Shown here piece by piece: positions 51,291-64,000 of a DNA stretch of 64,000 bases. This DNA is from Octopus vulgaris (taxonomy: Eukaryota), in contig OX597833.1 of assembly GCA_951406725.2 (NCBI GenBank), positions 44,020,001 to 44,084,000 of the forward strand, written 5' to 3'. The position numbers and the translations under genes are program-made. The notes under the pieces are model-generated. The model saw only the letters and a list, made by a program, of their open reading frames with translations. It was not told where the DNA came from and made no database searches. Numbering within the stretch: position 1 is the first letter of the stretch; every line of letters begins with the position of its first letter.

Positions 51291-53673
51291 GTAGAGCAGA
51301 CCATGTACGGGCCAAAGGAAAGCATGGACATGCAGTCTACAAGAAACTCTCAGAATCTTTCCAGCTTGAACTTCTATAGTGCAAACTGGAAACAAATTGA
51401 GAAAGCGATCCTCAACCAAAACTGGCCTGAATGTCTCTCCTCGCCAGACATCGACATGAAACTCCAACAATTCATGTATGTAATGCAAGCCATATACTAC
51501 AAATGTGTCCCAGAGAGAAAGGCCACTGTACACAAGAACAAAATCCCCAGAGAGAGGAAAATTCTAATGAGACGGCGTACAAAAAAGTTTCAAGCCGCCT
51601 AAACAATCTAATTGAAAGCAGTGAAAAGTCCCGCCTGAAAATAAAACTGTTGGAAATTGAAAAATGTCTGCAACTCTCCCATGAAAAAGAAAGAGCAGAC
51701 AAAGAAGCCTGGGCTATAGACAACATTATATCTAACCCCAGAGCTTTCCACAGGTATGCCAAAGAAACAGCTACGGTGCACTGTACGATAGGGCAATTCC
51801 TTGAAAAGGATGGCACACTCACAGGAAATCCATTGAGGATAAGTGAAATACTAAATGAGCAATTCAAGTGTATTTTCACTCCACCCCTAGGGCATTTTCA
51901 AGTCAGCAATCCAACTGACTTTTTCACCACTGCAGATATAAAATCAGAGGCAGCGATGATTGAATACATCAATATAAAGGAAGACGATGTAATAAAGGCT
52001 ATAGATGAAATGAAAGCAAACTCAGCAACTGGCCCCGATGGATTCCCAGCAATCCTTCTAAAAGTATGTAAGAGAGTCCTAGCAAGACCACTGCAGTTCC
52101 TCTTTCAGAGCTTCCTTGCAACTGGCAAACTTCCAAGAAAACTGAAGGAAGGTAAAATATGCCCTATTCATAAAGGAGGTAGCAGAGCGGAGGCCAAGAA
52201 CTACAGACCTATCTCTCTGACCTCACACATCAGCAAGGTCATGGAACGAATAGTCAGAAGGAAACTAATCACCTTCCTTGAAGAAAATGACTTGCTGCCT
52301 GACACCCAACATGGTTTCCGACCAAGAAGAAGCTGCTTAACTCAGCTCCTACAACACTATGACTGGGTGCTGAAACGACTGCTCAACCACTCAAATGTGG
52401 AAGTGATATATCTCGACTTTGCAAAGGCCTTTGATAAAGTCGATCATGGAATGATATGTCACAAACTGCGTGATCTTGGCATAGTTGGAAAATTGGGAGA
52501 ATGGCTTCATGACTTTCTGAAGGATAGAAGTCAGGTGGTAGTAGCCAATGGGGCCACTTCCATTAACACGCAAATAGTGAGCGGTGTTCCGCAAGGCACT
52601 GTTTTGGGACCACTACTGTTCATAATGGCCCTCTCAGACATGCCCTCAGCCACGCAGAGAGCCACGATCACAAGTTATGCAGATGATACAAAAGTTTCAC
52701 AGGCAATACAGAACCCTGAAGACACTAAGCACCTGCAATGTGAGCTGGACAAAATATACAAGTGGGCTGAAAAGAATAACATGCAGTTCAATGCTGAAAA
52801 GTTTCAAGCTTTATGCTATCAGCTTGCAAAACTAAATGCAATACCCAATAAATACACTGGACCTGGAGGGATTGCAATCCCAGAAGCACAATCAGTGCGA
52901 GACCTGGGTATTTACATGAGTGATGATGCAACCTTTCATGTGCATGTTGCTAAATTGGCAATGAAATGTAGGCGGCTGACCGGATGAATTCTTAGAACCT
53001 TTAGAACAAGAAACCAGGAAACCATGATGGTTCTCTGGAGGACACTTGTCCTAAACCACTTTGACTATTGCTCTCAGCCATGGTCACCATCCAGTGTCAA
53101 GTTAATCACAGAACTTGAGGCGATCCAACGAAGCTACACGAAGAAGATAGCCTCTGTGCAGCATATAAGCTACTGGGAAAGACTCAAGAGATTAAGTCTC
53201 TATTCCTTAGAGCGTAGGCGAGAAAGACATGCCATAATATACATCTGGAAGATCCTAGAAGGACTTGTCCTAAACTTTGGCATCGGGAGTTACACAAATA
53301 CCAGAACTGGGCGCCACTGCATAGTGCCAAGGACTCCAAATTTACCATCAAGATGTAGGACAAGATACTGTGATAGCCTGGGCTTCAGAGGCCCACAGCT
53401 CTTCAATATCCTCCCGAAGAACCTGAGAGACCTGCATGGGGTGGATGCAGATGTCTTTAAAATAAAACTGGATCTCTTCCTGCCAGGTGTCCAAGATGAA
53501 CCAACTTCACGGCAGGAGGTGCAGATGAGGGCAGCTGCATCGAACTCTCTCATGCACCAAATGGCAATAGCTAAAAAGCATTCGTGAAGTAAAATCATGT
53601 AGCAACACCAAATTGCGGTGCCCCAGCATGGCCACAGCTCGTGAGCTAAAACTAGATAAAATAAAATAAAAAT

Positions 53674-53678
<5 letters not shown>
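51291..53678 (+). mobile_element. CR1/L2-group LINE, 5'-truncated, nearly intact RT; copy-B specific, in (TA)n
   Basis: NYRPISLTSHISKVMERIV, QHGFR, YLDFAKAFDKVDH, GVPQGTVLGPLLF, YADDTK. One frameshift (~51600) and one TGA (52985-52987). (taaaa)n tail. Copy A lacks it at 21035-21113. Confidence 0.93.
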
Positions 53679-53709
<31 letters not shown>

Positions 53710-53864
53710 GAATTAGAGATAAAACCACTATTAGGCAACTCAAACTGTTTGAGTTGCCTAATAGTGGTTTTATCTCTAATTCATATTTTATATATTTATA
53801 CTGTGAAATTTGATTTAATCCTAAATGTAATTTTTCCCTGTAAGTTTGGAGCCATACTCCCTAA

Positions 53865-55162
<1,298 letters not shown>

Positions 55163-55538
55163 TACCAGAGTTTAGTAAGGTATTATCCATATAAATCAAA
55201 TGGGGCGATTATAATCACCCCATTTGATTTATATGGATAATACCTTCCATCTCATGCGCTTAATCAGGTCTGTAATTTTCTCCAAAAGTTTCTTTGAGTA
55301 TAGTTCCATTGATGGTGTGTGTGCGTGTATAGACGTGTGCAGGTATGTGCGCATATAGGCGTGTGTGTGCGCGTGTATAAGTGTATGTGCGTTTATAGAC
55401 GTGATTTACTCTTTGTATACTCCCTTATGCCTTTTTTCTGTATTTTTACTCTTAACCCTGTTTTTTTTTCTCGGAGTTTTATCATGTCTACCGAATAATT
55501 CGCACATATTACATTTACAGATAAATTCGTCTAATTAT

Positions 55539-55608
<70 letters not shown>

Positions 55609-55611
<3 letters not shown>

Positions 55612-57075
55612 TATTATAATCTTATTATAAAAGGCAGATTTTATCTGCCTCCCTTTGTCACTTATAGAAATCTACAATATAGGATTTCTTCAATTACAAT
55701 TTACCTAGCATTTTTAAGAGTAGAATGCATCGGGTCAAGCCAGGTCCAGTTTTTAAATTTTAAACTCCAATTAAGCAAAATTTACAGAAAACTCACATTC
55801 TGGTGTGTATGTCAAATGCTTTTATTAGTCTGGTTTACAGCACACGCAAACGCACACACAGTGTGCAACGAATAAAATGAAACTAATTCACTGTGAGTGT
55901 GTTGACAGGTAGACAAAAGAATGCAATGGCGATGGGGATGGCGATGTAATATTTGTTTCTGTCTATCACGCTGATAGATACATGAGTAAAATGTATGGCA
56001 AGCTAAGAGATAAGAGTGAGTGAAAATGTTCTTGGAAGAGAGTAAATAGCGAGAGTGATTTGAGGAAGACTTTACATTAAATAACCGTAGTGGCTTGTAT
56101 ATATATATATATATATATATACATACATAAGACAGTAAGGTGTGATTTGAGGGAGATTTGGCTGCTATTTCTACCATGTCTAGCTGCCATGTAGGGGTCT
56201 CCTTCATAGGCTCATACATACATATATACATAGATAAGACAGTAAGGTGTGATTTGGGGGAAATTTGGCTGCTATTTCTACCAGGTCTAGCTACCATGTA
56301 GAGGTCCCCCTCATTGGCTCATATATATATACATACATAAGACAGTAAGGTGTGATTTGAGGGAGATTTGGCTGCTGTTTCTACCAGGTCTGTTAGGCCT
56401 TCTCATGTAAACTCAAGCTTTCTCATGCCTTGAACATAAGACCAAAGCAGAGAATGTATTCTTTTATTCTTCTGCTTTTTCCAGCCATTGGTCTGTGGCC
56501 ATGCTGGGGCAATGCTTTGAAGAATTGTAGTTTAATGAATCAACTCGTTTTATTTTTGTAAGCATTGTACTTATTCTATCTGTTTCCTTTGTCAAACCAC
56601 TAGGTGACAGGGATGTAAACAAACCAACATTCGTTGTCAAGCAGTGGTGGAGGACAATCACAAGCACAGACACGCACACACACACATACATGCATACACA
56701 TATACACACATACATACATACATACATATATATATATATATGTGTGTATATATATATTGCAGCGTGGAGGGTGTTTGTAAGCCATTTAAGAAACACACAA
56801 AAAACGTTAGATTCACTTCAACATTTAAATTTAATTTGCCAAAATATTTTCCCCGCTTTGAGACCGCGACCTGTTCACTGACAAAAATATCGTGCTAACA
56901 GGTCGCGGTCTCAAAGCGACGAAAATATTTTGGCAAATTAAATTTAAATGTTGAAGTGAATCTAACGGTTTTTGTGTGTTTCTTAAATGGCTTATAAACA
57001 CCTTCAACGCTCCAACTGTTTTCGTTCCAGCACACGATCTCAGATCAAGTCACTTGCTATGCAAGTACATCTCTG

Positions 57076-57121
<46 letters not shown>

Positions 57122-57586
57122 ATGTATATTGGTAAAAACAGTAAGATAACAAAAGAAAGAAAGAGACCTCAATATTATGTAAATAGAGGAAATCTTTATA
57201 TATAAAAGTGAGGTTGTGTGTCTGTCTCCTACGATTTAGATTCCTAACTACTCCCACATTTTGCGGTGCAGTTTAACCAAAACCGGGTATCTTATAGTCG
57301 TAATTCATATCGAGACCGTCTGGGTATTAGCACGCGTCTACGATGAGTCTACGATTTAAAAAAAATTTACCATCAATTTTTCCCATTTTTAATCCATTTT
57401 TGACATATATAAGGGAAGTAACTCTTTAAAATTTATTATTAAATCTCAGAACGTAAAAAGCTACAGTAACACCCCTCCCCCTTTGTGGTTAGCCATATTG
57501 AGATGGCTATTATACTTTACATCTCTAAAAATGCTTATATAATTATTTCCCTTACAAACCCGAGCAACGCCGGGCGATACTGCTAG
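55609..57586 (+). mobile_element. Non-autonomous Helitron unit 1 (cargo: ~110-bp tandem repeats, SINE tail, foldback)
   Basis: A|TC 5' end (TCTTATTATAA duplicated); 3' hairpin cccgagcaacgccggg plus CTAG. Confidence 0.88.
56757..57015. repeat. Foldback inverted repeat (~118-bp arms, ~20-bp spacer)
   Basis: …aaatattttccccgctttgagaccgcgacctgtt / aacaggtcgcggtctcaaagcgacgaaaatattt…. Confidence 0.9.
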
Positions 57587-59170
57587 TCTCTTATTATAAA
57601 AGGCAGATTTTATCTGCCTCCCTTTGTCAGTTATAGAAATCTACAATATAGGATTTCTTCAATTACAATTTACCTAGCATTTTTAAGAGTAGAATGCATC
57701 GGGTCATGCCAGGTCCAGTTTTTAAAATTTAAACTCCAATTAAGCAAAATTTACAGAAAACTCACATTCTGGTGTGTGTGTCAAATGCTTTTCTTAATGT
57801 GGTTTACACCACACGCACACACACAGTGTGCAACGAATAAAATGAAAGTAAATAGCGACAGAGTGATTTGAGGAAGACTAAACTGAAAGTATTTAAACCA
57901 CTACTCAAAAAATAAAAAAACACAGCAAACAGAAACAGATAAATACATAACGGTTTACTCCTCACACAATTTCTTCAATTAGAGTGTACACATGATTTTT
58001 CAGAGTACTTCAGGGGGGGATGCCATAAAAAATTTCTTTCAATTTTACCACCAATTAAGACAAAATTCGAGAAAACTCAATATTTTAACATATCACACCG
58101 AAAGCATTGATGTACATGTGTGCGTGCGTGAGTGTGTGTGTGTCATTCCTCACACACACGCATACACATACATATACAACTACATACAACTACATACACA
58201 TACAACTACATACAAACACGTGTGTGTTTGTTATTAGTAAAAAAGGCGCCAAAACACAACTCACTTATCATTCCAACACATTTGCAAAGACACACGGACG
58301 GACAGAAAAGGTAAATTGGTTTTTATTTTACTCTGTATATATTTTATTATATAATATTATATATAGATATATGTATATATAATTGCAGTATGAAACAGTG
58401 TTTATGTATAAACAAACGACACAAGAGATTAATAAATGTATGCATCCGTTTAACCCTTTCGTTACCAAGCCGCCCGAATTTACCTATTCATATTTAAATG
58501 AGAATATCAGAGCAAATCTCTTTAGTACATTCGTGAAAACACGTATTATACTTCGTAAACACTTCAACTACAGTTTTGTACAAAAATCGAAGTGTAATTT
58601 TAATTCCGTGAATTATGGGAGATTTTTTTCCGAAATTTGTTCCTATTGTGTTTTCAAAATTTGTAATTCTGACAAAAAATGGATAAATTTCATTATATCA
58701 AGCAGCGAGTCAGAATTCGAAGGATTTTCTACTGAAGACCTTCATAAATCTAACTCTATGACTGAAAAAAAAAGCATCTTTATATAAGAGTGAAGTTGTG
58801 TGTCTGTCTCCTACGATTTAGATTCCTAACTACTCCCACATTTTGCGGTGCAGTTTAACCAAAAGCAGGTATCTTATAGTCGTGATTCATATCGAGCCCT
58901 TCTGGGTATTAGCGTGCGTCTACGATGAGTCTACGATTTAAAAAAATTTACCATCATATTTTTCCATTTTAATGCATTTTTTTCGTTTTTATATACGGGA
59001 AGTAACTCTCTAAAAATATCTACGATGTGTCAACGATTTAAAAAAAAATTTACCTTAATTTTTATTCAATTTTTAATGCATTTTTTTGCTATTTTTTGGC
59101 TATAACTCTCTAAAAATGCTTATATAGTTATTTCCCTTACAACCCGAGCAACGCCGGGCGATACTGCTAG
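57587..59170 (+). mobile_element. Non-autonomous Helitron unit 2
   Basis: TC start immediately after the CTAG of unit 1; same 5' ~250 bp; hairpin plus CTAG end. Confidence 0.88.
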
Positions 59171-60812
59171 TCTTATTATAAAAGGCATATTTTATCTGCC
59201 TCCCTTTGTCTCTTATAGAAATCTACAATATAGGATTTCTTCAATTACAATTTACCTAGCATTTTTAAGAGTAGAATGCATCGGGTTTTGCCAGGTCCAC
59301 TTTTTAAAATTTCAACCCCAATTAAGCAAAATTTAGAGAAAACTCACATTGTGGTGTATGAGTCAAATGCTTCTCTTAGTGTGGTCTACACCACACGCAC
59401 ACGCACACACAGTGTGCAACGAATAAAGTGAAAGTAATTCACTGTGTGTGTGTTGACAGGTAGACAATAGAATGGCGATGGCGATGGCGATGTAATATTT
59501 GTTTCTGTCTATCACGCTGATAGATACATGAGTAAAGTGTATGGGAAGCTAAGAGATAAGAGTGAGTGAAAATGTTCTTGGAAGAGAGTAAATAGCGAGA
59601 GAGTGATTTGAGGAAGACTTTACATTAAATAACCGTAGTGGTTTGTCAAATGAAGAGGAGTGACAGGGTACTGGAGGAAATAGGGTGAGTGAGGAAGATG
59701 GCCCCTAGCAACCACACCTTTTAAGATAGGGATTTCTAAGGTAGCCCACGAGCATCGTCATCTCATTCTACGTGTCCCTGTAAATTTTGGAGCGAATCGG
59801 ACGGGATAAAGTTATCTCTAAGAAACAGAAAGATCGCCCAAAAGTGTATATAGATATTTAAATGTATTTATATATTCATCTATACACACATGTATGTATA
59901 ATGTGCGTGTATATATTTCCATAGAGGTAACCATTCAATCCATACAAAGTTTTTTAGGACGAAAATATTTATATATAAAAGAAAGCTTGTGTGTCTGTCT
60001 ACTCCAATTTAGATTCCCAACTACTCCCACATTTTGCGATGCAGTTTAACCAAAACCGGGTATCTTATAGTCGTGATTCATATCGAGCCCTTCTGGGTAT
60101 TAGCGCGCGTCTACGATGAGTCTATGATTTTACAAATAATTTACCATCATTTTTTTCCATTTTAATGCATATTTTTTTTAATAAAGGGAAGTAACTCTCA
60201 AACTTCACACCAATATGCGTGCTCATATGCGACGTAATATCACATCAGCAGCATTTCCTCACACCCTCCTGGCACTTGGCGAAGGCAAAATACCAGGGGA
60301 TGAAAATGGTAATATTGCCATCGATTCCATTTGTACCATTGTTAAGACGCCTTCTGATCTCAGAGATGCAGTGTTTCCAGATCTACAAGCTAATTATCAG
60401 AATATGGATTGGATTGGCAAAAAGGCTATACTGGCCCCGAGGAATAAAACTGTTCACCATATTAATGATGAAATGCTAAAACTCATTCCTGGGGAAGTCT
60501 ATGTATATCAGGTTATCGATACAACTCCTGACCCAGAGGACGTCATCAACTATCCAATAGAGGTACTCAATTCCTTTGAGCACCCCGGACTAACACCACA
60601 CTTTCTAAAACTTAAAGTTGGTGCCCCTATAATGCTCATCAGAAATTTGGTTCCCCCAAAACAATACAATGGCACACGTTTGATCGTTAAGTCCTTATCT
60701 TCCACCGTAAGCTTATATCAATATTTGCCTGAATAATCATCATAATTCAGTGCAATCATTAACAGTACTTTCAAGCAATTCAGCCCCGAGCAACGCCGGG
60801 CAATTCTGCTAG
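59171..60812 (+). mobile_element. Helitron unit 3 with Pif1 helicase fragment (60200-60736)
   Basis: LHTNMR…KAILAPRN…LKVGAPIMLIRNL…NGTRL; hairpin plus CTAG. Confidence 0.9.
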
Positions 60813-61233
60813 TCTTATGATAAAAGGCAGATTTCCTCTGCCTCCCAAATCGTTCGTTTTTTATACAATTGTACAATATAGAATTTCTTCAATTGGAATT
60901 TACCTATGATTTTTCTAAGTAGATTCCATTGGGTCATGGCATATAAAGTTTTTTCAATTTGACCCCCAATTTAGCAAAAATTCGAGACAACTCAATATTT
61001 TACGATTTGCCTCTCTCATTTCAAGTGCTTCACTCCTTCCATTACCACTACACTTTCTCCTCCTTTCTCTTTGCAAGTGTGCAACAATTAAAATGAAAGT
61101 ATTTATATAACAGGGATGAGTCATTAATACTGGTCGTTATTTTGCTAGAGGAAGATCCGCTATGGTCTTATATGCTACACCACTGCTTTTCAATTCATAT
61201 TAATCAAATTAATATTCAATTTTTCACCCTTAT

Positions 61234-61282
<49 letters not shown>

Positions 61283-63264
61283 TAGCAATTTGTATAAAAT
61301 TGCATCAATGACTTGAACTTGAATAAGTGCTTTCACATAAATGGGGATAAATTAAAAAGGTTTGTTGTTATTATTATTACTGTTTAACTATTGTAATCAC
61401 GTTTCTTGGTTTCTCGTCAGGGAAACGTTGTTGTGTTGCATTTGTTAAATAATTGTAAACCGCAACCCTCCCCCTTTCGGAGAAGGGGCTTTGGTTATTG
61501 TTTAAAAATTGAATTGTGTCCCTCTTTGGGGAAATTGACAATATTTTTACTGTCTTTACGGAAGCATTTTTGTTAAAATGCCTTCGATAGAAGAAAGTCC
61601 AAAAATGAATTTCGCTGCAGCCGTACACTTCTATACAAGAGGGAGGACAAGATCCAATTGATCGAAATTGCAAGAGACGGGCCTACAATTCCAGTCTGTT
61701 ATATATTTTGTGTATTGTTATCACTAGCGATATCAAGATATAACTTTGTATTTTGTATTTTATGTGTAGATGTATATATATATATAGATGTACATGTAAT
61801 ATGTACACATATATATATATACACATATATACATGCATAATATATCTACCCATACACACACACACACACACACACTCACACACACACATACATAGGGGCA
61901 GGTGTGGCTGTGTGGTAACAAACTACGTTCGAAGATACTGTACTTGATATGGGCGGTAGTGCCTTGCCGGTCTATGGCCTACCTTCAACAAACCGGGAAG
62001 GCACACACACTCTGTCTTCACATTTGCTGCGTGAGACATGTTTTAATGTTGACGAGCTTGCCGAGTACATAGTCGACAATGAGCCAAAGCTCCTTCCAGA
62101 ACAGAAGTTCGCTTACAACTCCGTTGTTAATTCAGTCCGGGCCAAAGCTGGGGGGATTTTTTTCCTGGACGCTCCTGGGGGCACTGGGAAAACTTTTGTC
62201 AACAAATTAATATTGGCTGAGATTAGGCGAACACAAGACATTGCCCTAGCTGTGGCATCATCTGGAATTGCGGCTACTTTGTTGCCAGGCGGCAGGACAG
62301 TTCACTCCACTTTCAAGCTCCCGCTTGACTTAGCGAAGACTGAGACACCAACTTGCAACATCAGTAACAGCTCCGATCAGGCAGAAGTCTTCAGACGATG
62401 CAAGCTTATCATTTGGGATGAATGCACGATGGCCCACAGAGGTGCTCTTGAGGCACTAGATAGATCTCTCAGAGACATCAAACACTCTCAGCTCCCATGG
62501 GAGGCATAACACTTCTTCTTTCAGGGGACTTCCGGTAAACACTTCCCGTTATTCCCAAAGGGACTAGAGCTGATGCAGTAAGTGCGTGTCTTAAGTCATC
62601 CACATTGTGGCCACTGGTGAAGACTCTCAAACTTCACACCAATATGCGTGCTCATATGCGACGTGATATCACATCAGCAGCATTTTCTCACACCCTCCTT
62701 GCACTTGGCGAAGGCAAAATACCAGGGAATGAAAATGGTAATATTGCCATCGATTCCATTTGTACCATTGTTGAAATTCCTTCTGATCTCAGAGATGCAG
62801 TGTTCCCAGATCTACAAGCTAATTATCAGAATATGGATTGGATTGGCAAAAAGGCTATACTGGCCCCGAGGAATAAAACTGTTCACCATATTAATGATGA
62901 AAGCACAAAAAACACAACAACGCGAGGACGTGGAACATTCCTGGGGATGTCTATGTATATAAGTCTATCGATACAACTCCTGACCCAGAAGACGTCAGCA
63001 ACTATCCAATAGAGGTACTCAATCCCTTTCACCCCACCCCCGGACTACCACCACACATTCTCAAACTTAAAGTTGGTGCCCCTATAATGCTCATTAGAAA
63101 TTTGGTTCCCCCAAAACAATGCAATGGCACACGTTTGATCGTTAAGTCCTTATCTCCCACCATAAACTTATATTAATATTTGCCTGGATAATCATAATTC
63201 AGTGCAATCATTAACAGTACTTTCAAGCAATTCAGCCCCGAGCATCGCCGGGCAATTCTGCTAG
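60813..63264 (+). mobile_element. Helitron unit 4 with Pif1 helicase pseudogene (61949-63170)
   Basis: FFLDAPGGTGKTF (Walker A), AVASSGIAATLLPGGRTVHS, IIWDECTM, GDFR*TLPV; hairpin plus CTAG|T. Confidence 0.93.
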
Positions 63265-63766
63265 TATATATATAAAGTTAATCCAAACAAAAAAGCACAA
63301 AAAACACAACAACGCGAGGACGTGGAACAAATATAGTATTTTTGGACGCCCAGGAAAGAAGGAAAGAAGGAGGGTTTAACGTTTCGAGCGGAGCTCTTCA
63401 TCGGAACCATAGGAGAAGGAAAGATCCAGGGAAGGGAAGACAGAGGGAAAAAAATCGCCAACGGTACACACACACATATATATATATATATGTATGTATA
63501 TGTGTGTGTGTTTTACAATAAACAGGGTAGTTTACACATATATACGATATTACTAAGGCCCCTATGAAGAGGTTTTGAGGGAAATATTCACCTCTTACTA
63601 AATTCATATTCTGACTCTCATACATGATTGTACATAAATTACACCCATGCTCCGCTCACATGCTTTGAAGTCCACCTCATACACCTCGATATGTACACTC
63701 ACATAAACATGCATACCTCTATATTTTCATGCACGTATCTACACGTATATACATAGATATATACAT

Positions 63767-63871
<105 letters not shown>

Positions 63872-64000
63872 TATCAAAGTAAATAAATGGTACAACGAAG
63901 TACCGATATTTACTGGAAAATAGCGAGCGTAATAAATACGACGCTATTGTATAGCTTCAATGCGTATATACTAGTAAAGACGTGTGTGTGCAACAAACAT

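Noticed and set aside
56122-56390. Three ~110-bp direct repeats considered as a CRISPR-like array
   Set aside because: Eukaryotic context with no unique spacers and no cas genes; a tandemly duplicated common repeat fragment.
61949-62509. Host PIF1 helicase gene
   Set aside because: Intronless, frameshifted and enclosed by Helitron termini.

Overview
AT-rich, microsatellite- and transposon-dense eukaryotic DNA, almost certainly octopus (cephalopod), judged from two abundant octopus-type tRNA-SINE families plus Penelope, Tx1/L1, RTE, CR1, mariner, hAT and Helitron relics. Most ORFs in the supplied track are microsatellite or TE read-through. The window is a tandem segmental duplication: copy A is <1 to ~22720 and copy B aligns from 26246 to ~63475 (position 1 = 26246). 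Hand-counted intronic divergence is about 2-3%, and many TE insertions are copy-specific. Each copy hides a spliced minus-strand gene that the ORF track does not call: signal-peptide exon, V-like Ig exon, second (C2/I-like) Ig exon, 33-nt stalk exon and hydrophobic membrane-anchor exon, all joined by phase-1 GT-AG introns. Between the copies the two Ig exons differ at about 51 nucleotides, only about 3 clearly synonymous. The V-domain changes cluster in CDR-equivalent loops, while every cysteine and the signal peptide are unchanged. This looks like a rapidly diversifying cephalopod Ig-superfamily recognition receptor family (immune, allo- or gamete-recognition; function is inference). Copy B carries a +2 frameshift. 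Other highlights are multiple hammerhead ribozymes (Penelope pLTRs and a retrozyme-like tandem array), a four-unit head-to-tail Helitron concatemer, both SINE-LINE partner pairs visible in one window, and (TA)n tracts reused as insertion sites. All counts and alignments were done by eye.
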